Below, piece after piece: positions 1-7,542 of a stretch of DNA of 64,000 bases. The notes below the pieces were generated by a model, which saw only the letters and a list, made by a program, of their open reading frames with translations, searched no databases and was not told the DNA's origin. Each line of letters begins with the position of its first letter. The first letter of the stretch is position 1. The stretch lies in NCBI GenBank assembly GCA_038256975.1, contig JBBSJU010000002.1, forward strand, positions 1,064 through 65,063, in the 5' to 3' direction. Made by a program: the position numbers and the translations under genes. This DNA is from Minisyncoccia bacterium. Its GTDB lineage: Bacteria > Patescibacteriota > Minisyncoccia > Phycocordibacterales > UBA5272.

Positions 1-1226
1 CCAATTTTTGTATTAATAACGTCTCCAGTAATTTGGAATCCTGCTGCAAGACCTCGCAGAGCCTGTTCGTTTCTTTCGTGCATCGCTTCAAGGAGTGACT
101 CACGTGCGGTTTGATCAAAGTTTAGGTTTGAAAAGTCTTGGCGGTAGTATCCAATCTCGACATCTTTGCCGAGCTTTGCGCCTTTTGCTGTGCCGTGGGC
201 AATGGATTCAAGAAGCGTTGTCTTTCCAATTCCATTTGGTCCTGTGAGAAGGAGGTGTTGATTACGACGAAGTTCACGAACAACTTTCTTTTCTGTTGGC
301 TTGTGATTTTTGATGACTGAAAGGGAACTAATGGAAAGGATTTCGCCAGAAATATCCTCCTGGCAAGGAATAGTAAATGGACGTATCGCTTTGTCTTCTT
401 TGCGTACATCGACAATTTCTTCTTCCATTTCTTCTACCTTATCGCGCATTTTTTTTGCTACCAAACGCATTTGGCCTCCTTTCATTGCAAAAAAGTTTGC
501 TTTATCTTTGTTCGCCTGCATTTCTTTTGCGAGTTGAGCATTCTTTCTGTTTTCTCGTTCAATTCGCAAAGCAATTTCTCGAAGCACGGTGTTGTAGTTG
601 CCCGAGTATTGTTCTATTTTTTTTGTATGAACATCAAGATAGAGTACGCCATCTGTAAAGGCATTTAAAAACTCTGCGTCGTGAGAAATAACAATACATG
701 TTTTGTCGTACCGAACAAGAAAATCAGTGAGGTGTTCAATCCCTGTTTTGTCTAAATTGTTGGTTGGCTCATCAAGAAGAAGAATGTCAGGATCTTGAAT
801 GAGTGCTGAGGCAAGCAGAAGACGTGCCTGTTGTCCACCAGAGAAGCTGCGGATAACTCTTTCAAGTGGTGCGTGAAAGTTGACTACTTCGAGTACTTTT
901 TCGATCATTGGATCAAGCGCGTAGATTTTTTTGTCAAAACTTTTTTGAAAAAAATCACGTACGGTGAGGTCGAGGTATTCTCGGGGAATAACTTGCTTGC
1001 TTATTGCAATAGAAATATCTTTATTTTTATTATAGATACCTTCAGTTGGCTTTAGTTCCCCTGTAATAAGTTGAAAAAGGGTGCTCTTTCCAGCGCCATT
1101 TTGCCCCATGATGGTTGTTTTTGTGCCACGTCGAATTGAAAAGTCGACCTCGTGGAGGATCGGCTTTTTTGGTCCGTATTCAAACGAAACCTTCTCAAAA
1201 CGGAGCACTGATTCGCCGGCTGCCAT
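1..1226 (-). CDS. ABC-F family ATP-binding protein (3' end outside window)
   Basis: Manual translation from ATG 1226: MAAGESVLRFEKVSFEYG..GQNGAGKST (Walker A), FSGGQQARLLLA signature, LLLDEPTNNLD Walker B, ISHD; not in ORF track because it runs off the edge. Confidence 0.9.
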   Translation of the reverse strand, partial: MAAGESVLRFEKVSFEYGPKKPILHEVDFSIRRGTKTTIMGQNGAGKSTLFQLITGELKPTEGIYNKNKDISIAISKQVIPREYLDLTVRDFFQKSFDKKIYALDPMIEKVLEVVNFHAPLERVIRSFSGGQQARLLLASALIQDPDILLLDEPTNNLDKTGIEHLTDFLVRYDKTCIVISHDAEFLNAFTDGVLYLDVHTKKIEQYSGNYNTVLREIALRIERENRKNAQLAKEMQANKDKANFFAMKGGQMRLVAKKMRDKVEEMEEEIVDVRKEDKAIRPFTIPCQEDISGEILSISSLSVIKNHKPTEKKVVRELRRNQHLLLTGPNGIGKTTLLESIAHGTAKGAKLGKDVEIGYYRQDFSNLNFDQTARESLLEAMHERNEQALRGLAAGFQITGDVINTKI

Positions 1227-1384
1227 AGTTTGTACATACTACGCTAAAACGACGATTTAGTCTAAGGATTACGGCCTTTATCAGACTTTGGGTATCTCCA
1301 GCACTCATCCTTGTTTTCTTTCCCAGACCTACTCTCACCTCAAGAAAAATGAGGATTCGTTCTTGGTATGCACTAGATCTTATT

Positions 1385-1810
1385 TTAGAGAAGTTGTGTG
1401 GCTGCAATAATGGCTCCGACCCAAGAAAGAGATGATATGCCTCCACTTACAAAAAGAATCACTTTTTGACGCACGGAAACTTCTTTAAAGCTTCGGGTAG
1501 TTGCAATCGTCATATATTTTTCTATCACAAAACTATTCACCACAAGCGCAAAGACAAAAAACATTTTTACAAAGAAAGCATCGCTTTGGCTGACGAGGTA
1601 TTCCTGTAGTGGCAAAAACAAAGTTACACCCGTCACAATCATTCCAGTGAGTCCAACTGTAACTGCGGTGTGGAGTCTGCCAACAATTATGGGATTAAGC
1701 ATCCGCTTTTTTCCATGGAGCCACATTGATGCATAGATGTCTGCCCACAAAACACAGATAATGGTGAGGGTAAGAATTCCTACGTGAATAGGTACGACAA
1801 TATCGTTCAT
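1385..1810 (-). CDS. 4-TM membrane protein with His residues in TM segments
   Basis: Four hydrophobic segments; start 1810 chosen because TATACT lies 6 nt upstream. Confidence 0.75.
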   Translation of the reverse strand: MNDIVVPIHVGILTLTIICVLWADIYASMWLHGKKRMLNPIIVGRLHTAVTVGLTGMIVTGVTLFLPLQEYLVSQSDAFFVKMFFVFALVVNSFVIEKYMTIATTRSFKEVSVRQKVILFVSGGISSLSWVGAIIAATQLL

Positions 1811-1847
1811 GTGCATAGTATAACAAATTACTTTATAATACTTTTAT

Positions 1848-2276
1848 ATGAAATACGTTCTTATTATTGTTGCACTTATTGCAGCAGGTGTTATTGGGTA
1901 TACTGTTTTTGAAAAACAAGACACATCAGAAAACATAACACCTGCACCTGTTGTTGTTGAAACAGAAAAGGAAGTAGAGATGGAGAACGAAAAAGAAACG
2001 AAGCCAATAGTGACCCCGACAGAAACGAAACCGATGGTAAAAGTATTTACTATGGCTGAAGTTGCATTGCACGCAGATGCAACGAGTTGTTATTCGGTGG
2101 TAAATGGATCTGTATATGACTTAACAAATTGGATTACAAAACATCCGGGTGGACAGCAGGCAATCAAAGGCCTTTGTGGTAAAGACGGTACGTCCGCCTT
2201 TACTGGCAAACACGGTGGACAACAAAAGCCAGAAACAACGCTTGCAGGATTTGAGATTGGGGTGTTGGTGCAATAG
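1848..2276 (+). CDS. Membrane-anchored cytochrome b5-like heme-binding protein
   Basis: N-terminal TM anchor; FTMAEVALH..CYSVVNGSVYDLT.WITKHPGG..GKDGT..F..KH b5 motif. Confidence 0.9.
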   Translation: MKYVLIIVALIAAGVIGYTVFEKQDTSENITPAPVVVETEKEVEMENEKETKPIVTPTETKPMVKVFTMAEVALHADATSCYSVVNGSVYDLTNWITKHPGGQQAIKGLCGKDGTSAFTGKHGGQQKPETTLAGFEIGVLVQ

Positions 2277-2351
2277 GGTAGGAATAATTGGTTGTATATG
2301 TTATCTTGTATAGGTCGTAAGACATCTTACTGGTTAATCAAATACATATAT

Positions 2352-2453
2352 ATGGATCAAATCAACACAACAGATGCAGTTGCTGCAGATGAAGTAGTAA
2401 CTCCAGTAGTAGAAGAGACTCCTGCTCCAACAGAAGAGACTCCTGCAGAGTAA
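2352..2453 (+). CDS. Small acidic peptide, 33 aa (MDQINTTDAVAADEVVTPVVEETPAPTEETPAE)
   Basis: Intact ORF below the ORF-track cutoff, immediately followed by a strong terminator; internal repeat agaagagactcctgc x2. Confidence 0.6.
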   Translation: MDQINTTDAVAADEVVTPVVEETPAPTEETPAE

Positions 2454-2485
2454 ATAAAACCCCGCTTGCGGGGTTTTATTTTATT
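2452..2485. terminator. Bidirectional intrinsic terminator
   Basis: aaataaaaccccgc-tt-gcggggttttatttt inverted repeat between convergent genes. Confidence 0.85.
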
Positions 2486-2993
2486 CGGCAATCGTGTACT
2501 TTTTATGCAGAGTAATGGGTAAACCTGCGGCTGTAGCTTTATCGATAGTGTCTTGAGTGCCAGTACTTTCATTTACTTGAAAAGCAAATACTTCATGTGA
2601 ATAGAGTACTTCTTGGTCATGTCGGAGATCATGTTCATCTTGAGAAATATTTGTATATGGCAGCTCCATAAGGCTCACGGGATTTGTTTCTTTAATTTTT
2701 GTAAGTACGTTCGCAAGTTCGTTTATGTTTTCCGTTGTGATGGGTTCAAGACACCAATTCTCTTGGTAGTCTTTGATGTAGTTTTCGAGGCTTGTGGGGA
2801 TTATTACACGCAGATGCGAAGCATTCGGATTCATTTTCAATGCTTCATCCATGGCAAAGAAGTCTACTCCAGTTGCTCCGCCTGTAACGATTCCATCTCC
2901 GCGTTCTAAAACTTCTCGGGTAGCTTTTCGAACATCAGCTTCAACCTCACTATTTGTGAGTCTCCATGTGCCTGTAAATAAAATCCATTTCAT
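2481..2993 (-). CDS. SLOG/DprA(Smf)-like Rossmannoid protein
   Basis: ILFTG..IVTGGATGVD..A and STGTQDTIDKA motifs typical of the SLOG superfamily. Confidence 0.7.
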   Translation of the reverse strand: MKWILFTGTWRLTNSEVEADVRKATREVLERGDGIVTGGATGVDFFAMDEALKMNPNASHLRVIIPTSLENYIKDYQENWCLEPITTENINELANVLTKIKETNPVSLMELPYTNISQDEHDLRHDQEVLYSHEVFAFQVNESTGTQDTIDKATAAGLPITLHKKYTIAE

Positions 2994-3039
2994 AAACTAT
3001 TGGGTAGTGTTATTTTAACATTTTAATTACAAGACCACT

Positions 3040-3399
3040 TTATCTGTAGCCTTTCTTTAGGAAGTCAAAAAATCCCCAAAGTGATAGAAGGAGAGTCACT
3101 GTTAGTATTATTGAAAAATGAAGCATCTCAAAAGGTATCTGCAAGAAATAATATAAATATGCTCCGGCAAAAAACCCTGCCAAGCCAAAAACCATATCCA
3201 TTGTGACATTGATAGAAGGTTCAGATATTTTAGTTATCCATTCAAAAACTTCCCAGAGGAGTAATAAGATAGTTGAGGTAAGCAATGCTGATAAAAAAGT
3301 ATAGTCGAGGGCAAAGAAAGTTGCCCCAAGAAGAAAGCCAGACAGAAAATGTACTACTGACCAAAGGTCTGCATATTTCCCATGTTTCCAAATATCCAT
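3040..3399 (-). CDS. Membrane protein (H-F..G / WE..E / D pattern)
   Basis: 4 TM segments; WSVVHFLSG, LWEVFE, MDMVFG. Confidence 0.7.
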   Translation of the reverse strand: MDIWKHGKYADLWSVVHFLSGFLLGATFFALDYTFLSALLTSTILLLLWEVFEWITKISEPSINVTMDMVFGLAGFFAGAYLYYFLQIPFEMLHFSIILTVTLLLSLWGFFDFLKKGYR

Positions 3400-3531
3400 A
3401 CTCGAATTGTAGCATTATTTTAGGGGTGGATTATTTGATCCAAATAGACATCGTTTCTAATTCGTGGTACGAATTAATTGATTCTGATCTTTAGAAAAAA
3501 TCACAACTCACTTGAAAAAGAGAGGTGTAAC

Positions 3532-3903
3532 ATGGGTAAGGTGGTGCAACTCTTCCCAAGAAAAAGTCTTCCTGCTGAGCCGGAGGTGTCATCTAAGCCA
3601 CATCAGGAAAGTTGTGATGTGGGTAAAGCTCTTGATTCTCTTGGGCAGGGTAGTGACTTGTCGAAGACCCTCAAGTATCTTTTTAGGGGCATGTCAATCA
3701 CCATGGAGATGGATGCGTTCCTCAGGTCTTTGAAAGGGCATGTCTTGGTGACAGCTATCGCTTCTCAGCGTAGCGTGGTTGCTGGGTACTCAGATCAGCA
3801 GCTTCGCGAAATGTTGCAAAGGAGCACTGAGAGCCAATGGAAGGGAAAACCCGCTTTCTTCCGGACACTTTCGCAAGAAATAAGGCACAGGAAACTAAAG
3901 TGA
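3532..3903 (+). CDS. Hypothetical protein (single-gene cassette)
   Basis: SD agaggtg before ATG 3532; terminator follows. Confidence 0.65.
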   Translation: MGKVVQLFPRKSLPAEPEVSSKPHQESCDVGKALDSLGQGSDLSKTLKYLFRGMSITMEMDAFLRSLKGHVLVTAIASQRSVVAGYSDQQLREMLQRSTESQWKGKPAFFRTLSQEIRHRKLK

Positions 3904-3940
3904 CCCGCCCACCGACAAAATCGTCAGGAGGGCGGTTTTG
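3903..3940 (+). terminator. Intrinsic terminator
   Basis: ccgccc..gac....gtc..gggcgg followed by ttttgtttt. Confidence 0.6.
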
Positions 3941-4000
3941 TTTTGGTTGATTTGAACAAAGAGTGTATATTTGCGACAGATTAGCTCATTGGAGGTCGCC

Positions 4001-4306
4001 ATGAATGTGTTTAGCATCAACTCTTTTCGTGAAGAAAAGAGAAGAATAAAGAGGGAAAAGAGAGGTCTGTTCAGAATTTTGGGCACAAGTTTGCAAAGAG
4101 CAAACAAAGAGCATCAGTGTGATAGGTGCATCAGCCCAATCTATCCTGGCGAGGAGTATCGTCGGAACGTTTTTCTGGCTAAAGGAGTTTTGGTGGAAAA
4201 ATACCACTATCCCTGCTGTCCAGGCCCAACGTTTGACGATTGGACTAACAAAGAAATAGAACGTCAGCGCGAAGAAGAACGGAAGGGGGAACGTCAGGTT
4301 GCTTAA
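4001..4306 (+). CDS. Small Zn-finger-like protein (CxxC..HxxC)
   Basis: RANKEHQCDRC..IYPGEEY..KYHYPCC; SD ggagg; terminator follows. Confidence 0.7.
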   Translation: MNVFSINSFREEKRRIKREKRGLFRILGTSLQRANKEHQCDRCISPIYPGEEYRRNVFLAKGVLVEKYHYPCCPGPTFDDWTNKEIERQREEERKGERQVA

Positions 4307-4335
4307 AGGCTTCGGAAAATTGAAGCCTTTTTATT
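4306..4335 (+). terminator. Intrinsic terminator
   Basis: aaaggcttc-ggaaaatt-gaagcctttttt. Confidence 0.75.
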
Positions 4336-4350
4336 TGCCACGAAGTGGAA

Positions 4351-4773
4351 CTAGTATGCAACAGACTTCAAAATCAATTCTTTAGCTTTTTCATTAATAA
4401 AATCTGAAGGAATCTCTAAAAGACTGAACCATGACCATTCAGAAAATTTCTCAGGCTCCATAAGTTTTGATTCATCATTTGTTGTGCCAGTAAACACTAA
4501 AACATTATCGCCTTCTTTTGCACCCGGAACTTCTCCCAAATAATCACCGATAGTTAAATTCTTGATTCCTGTTTCTTCAAATACTTCTCTTCTTAAAGTT
4601 GTTTCGATACTTTCACCCTCGTCACACCTTCCACCTGGTAGAGTCCAAACAGAAATATTTTTCCATGTATCGGTTTTGTAATGCCTATGACCCAAAAGTA
4701 TTTTGTTATTTTTTATTATTGCAATAACTGGGCAAGTGATCGAATTACCTATTTTTGAGAGTTGATCTTGCAT
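4351..4773 (-). CDS. NUDIX hydrolase
   Basis: GGRCDEGESIETTLRREVFEETG Nudix box. Confidence 0.92.
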   Translation of the reverse strand: MQDQLSKIGNSITCPVIAIIKNNKILLGHRHYKTDTWKNISVWTLPGGRCDEGESIETTLRREVFEETGIKNLTIGDYLGEVPGAKEGDNVLVFTGTTNDESKLMEPEKFSEWSWFSLLEIPSDFINEKAKELILKSVAY

Positions 4774-4825
4774 AAAATTATTATAGCAAAAAGGTTGGCT
4801 GCAGGTCTGAGACGAAATTGGAACC

Positions 4826-5275
4826 TTATTGAATTTCGATACTATTCGGTAAATCTTCTCGAAATACCTGTATCTTTTCGATGGGGGTTACATTTGAATA
4901 GCTTACGTATTCCACACCATCCTCTTCGCGCTGCCTAAAAAGATTCTTATCAAATACATATACCCATCCTGAAGCAATTTCCGCTAGTTGCGAAAGTGTG
5001 TCCGGAGTAGCTTTATATTTCATAATTCCAGAAGAGGTGCCAGCAGAAGAGTGGTATCCTTTTGGACAGTTAAGTTCATTGATAATTGCCATGAAGATAG
5101 CATATTCAACTATGCTCGATGCGAATATTGCTGGCTCACCATCAGGATGATTTTTTCCGTCAATATAGTTATGTGCTTGGCGGGGTTCGAATACTTCGAT
5201 ACTAGATTCGGAGCCGTGAAAGACATATTTCCCAGTCGCTTCTAATTCTAGTAATTTCTCTTTAGCTGGGGACAT
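4826..5275 (-). CDS. Hypothetical protein, possible ADP-ribosyltransferase-like fold
   Basis: VFHGS..FEPR..IFAS..GWVYVF..E pattern reminiscent of Arr/ART-fold proteins. Confidence 0.5.
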   Translation of the reverse strand: MSPAKEKLLELEATGKYVFHGSESSIEVFEPRQAHNYIDGKNHPDGEPAIFASSIVEYAIFMAIINELNCPKGYHSSAGTSSGIMKYKATPDTLSQLAEIASGWVYVFDKNLFRQREEDGVEYVSYSNVTPIEKIQVFREDLPNSIEIQ

Positions 5276-5486
5276 AAAAGAACTATATCAAATCTTTTAG
5301 ATTGTGATATTGGGTTTTAATTTGCTGAGATCTTCGAGCAAGAACCTTACTCGGACAAGTCCTGTAATGCTATTTATAATAAATTTAATATATCAAGACG
5401 ACGGTCCTTGAGCACTTTGGAAAGTGACAAAAGTGACAGGGGATAGGGTATAAAAGGTTACAAGAAGACGTCACTTTCAATGGTTC

Positions 5487-7145
5487 TTAGTTGTTACCTG
5501 TACGGATAAACTTTTTTATATCGTCAAATGTGCCGCCAACCTTTTTCCTCGGGTTAAGAATGTAGAGGGGGTCAAAGATCTCTTTTGTTTGTTTAAAAAG
5601 TTTATACACATCGGCGCCAAACATTTGAGATAAAAATGGTGTGCGGATAATGCCATCGTTATGCTCTGCGGTGATTGAGCCATTGTAGAGGTGAATTAAG
5701 TCGTATACTTTTTTTGAGAGTTCTAAAATGATATCTCGTGTTTCTGGCAAGGCAAGATCCATGAGTGGAATGATATGAAAATTACCATCTCCTGCGTGCC
5801 CAGCGATTGTGTATGTTAGGTTGTATTCCTTCAGAAGTGCTTGGAGCTTTGGTAAAAACGAAGCCATGTGCTCAGGGCATACGATAAGGTCGTCGATAAA
5901 CGGAGCGGTGCGTCTTCCTGTCATGTGTTTTCGGAGCATGTTAAAACTTTCTCGACGTATTTTCCAATATTTTTCAGCTTCTTTGTTATTTTTTGCTATG
6001 TGACTTTTAAGTCCATATTTACTTGTGACAGCGGCTACTTTTTCAAGTTGTTGCTTAATATTTTTTTGGTCATTTCCTGCGAATTCAACAAGTAGGGTTA
6101 ATTTTGGAATTCCGCCAGTGAGTATCATTTTTGCTTCAGGCAGAAAACGAAATCCAAGTTTAATGGTTTCTATAAAACCCAGGTACTTAAAAAAATCAAA
6201 GAAAAAACGTACCGCAAGCCTCATACTGTAATCGTCGTAAGATTCAAAGCTGTCAGGTTTTAAAGCAACAATGTCGCGTACGATATCACCAAGGTTTTCA
6301 AGTGACGGCATAAAAACCGCAACAACATTCGAATATTTTTCGATTGGAACAAGTGAGAAAGTTATTTCAGTTATGATACCGAGTGTTCCTTGAGATCCAG
6401 TGATTAGTTTACAGAGGTCAAAAGTTTGTGTTTTTTCATCCCAAATATCCCATAGCGCGTATCCTGCTGAGTTTTTAGATACATTTGGTTTTGCTTTTTT
6501 GAGCGCACTTTCATTTGTGCGGATGAGTGTTAAAATTGCTTTGTAAAGATTTCCTTCAAAAGTTGCATGTTGTGTTTTTATTTCAAGTTCTGATTTGGTA
6601 AGAGGAGATATATCGTATACGTTTCCATCAGTGAAAACTACCTTTAGTTTTTGTACGTAGCGTTCTGTTTTTCCAAACTTAATAGTTTTCTCACCACCAC
6701 TATTATTAGCAACCATGCCTCCGACAGTACAGAGATCTTTTGACGCGGTGTAACTTGGAAGCATTGATCCAAACTGTCCGACTACTTTTTCAAAATCTCG
6801 ATAGTAGCATCCTGGCTCAACAGTTACTTGCGTAGCTCCAACCTCAGTTATTTTGTTAATGTATTTTGTAAAATCGAGAATAATCGAATCATTGAGTGGC
6901 CCCCCAGACATATCTGTTCCTGCTGATCTAGCCGTGATAGAAAGTTTTGGAAATTCTTTTTTATGCTCTTGTACAAAACGAATAATTGTTTGAACATCTT
7001 TCGTGTGCTTTGGGTAAATAACAACTTGCGGAGTGATTTCGAAGATACTGGCATCCCGAGAGTAGGTTTTACGTGTTGCAACATCAGTTAAAACATCTCC
7101 ATCGAGTAGTGGGGCAAGTTTTTCAAAAAGGGTTGTGTTTGGCAT
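5487..7145 (-). CDS. FAD-linked oxidoreductase (GlcD/D-lactate dehydrogenase-like)
   Basis: TARSAGTDMSGG, TVGGMVANNSGG, GSQGTLGI, GHAGDGNFH, AEHNDG. Confidence 0.92.
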   Translation of the reverse strand: MPNTTLFEKLAPLLDGDVLTDVATRKTYSRDASIFEITPQVVIYPKHTKDVQTIIRFVQEHKKEFPKLSITARSAGTDMSGGPLNDSIILDFTKYINKITEVGATQVTVEPGCYYRDFEKVVGQFGSMLPSYTASKDLCTVGGMVANNSGGEKTIKFGKTERYVQKLKVVFTDGNVYDISPLTKSELEIKTQHATFEGNLYKAILTLIRTNESALKKAKPNVSKNSAGYALWDIWDEKTQTFDLCKLITGSQGTLGIITEITFSLVPIEKYSNVVAVFMPSLENLGDIVRDIVALKPDSFESYDDYSMRLAVRFFFDFFKYLGFIETIKLGFRFLPEAKMILTGGIPKLTLLVEFAGNDQKNIKQQLEKVAAVTSKYGLKSHIAKNNKEAEKYWKIRRESFNMLRKHMTGRRTAPFIDDLIVCPEHMASFLPKLQALLKEYNLTYTIAGHAGDGNFHIIPLMDLALPETRDIILELSKKVYDLIHLYNGSITAEHNDGIIRTPFLSQMFGADVYKLFKQTKEIFDPLYILNPRKKVGGTFDDIKKFIRTGNN

Positions 7146-7218
7146 GGGGTACTTTGCAGATAATGTATACTTTCAGTATACGCTTTGTAGGCTTGTAAAT
7201 GAAAGGTGAAAGTATAAA

Positions 7219-7247
7219 TTGACAGACACCCCCAGGGCGCATATTAT
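7219..7247 (+). promoter_or_regulatory. Sigma70 promoter for com-like/nrdDG
   Basis: TTGACA-17 nt-TATTAT. Confidence 0.75.
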
Positions 7248-7261
7248 GAAAGGATACTTTT

Positions 7262-7459
7262 GTGATACCTGCTGCTTACCATGAATACCGATGTAAAGAG
7301 TGCAAAAAACTCTTTTTCAAAGGTATTTTGGTAGATAGTGAGGTAGAAGTAAAATGTAAGAAGTGTGGAAACATCGAAGTGTTGAAAGGTGTTGATTCAA
7401 GTAAGTTGATCTGCTTGAAACATCCGTGTCCACACAGGGTGGTGCTACCAAGTAAATGA
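7262..7459 (+). CDS. Com-family (Mu Com-like) zinc-ribbon protein
   Basis: EYRCKECKKLFFKG..EVKCKKCG plus C-terminal CLKHPCPH. Confidence 0.7.
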   Translation: MIPAAYHEYRCKECKKLFFKGILVDSEVEVKCKKCGNIEVLKGVDSSKLICLKHPCPHRVVLPSK

Positions 7460-7542
7460 TGCGGAGGTAAATATACATAGAGGCTCTCGAAGCCCACCAG
7501 AGAATGGTTGGGTATTTTTTGTGTAAAAAATTAAATAAAATT

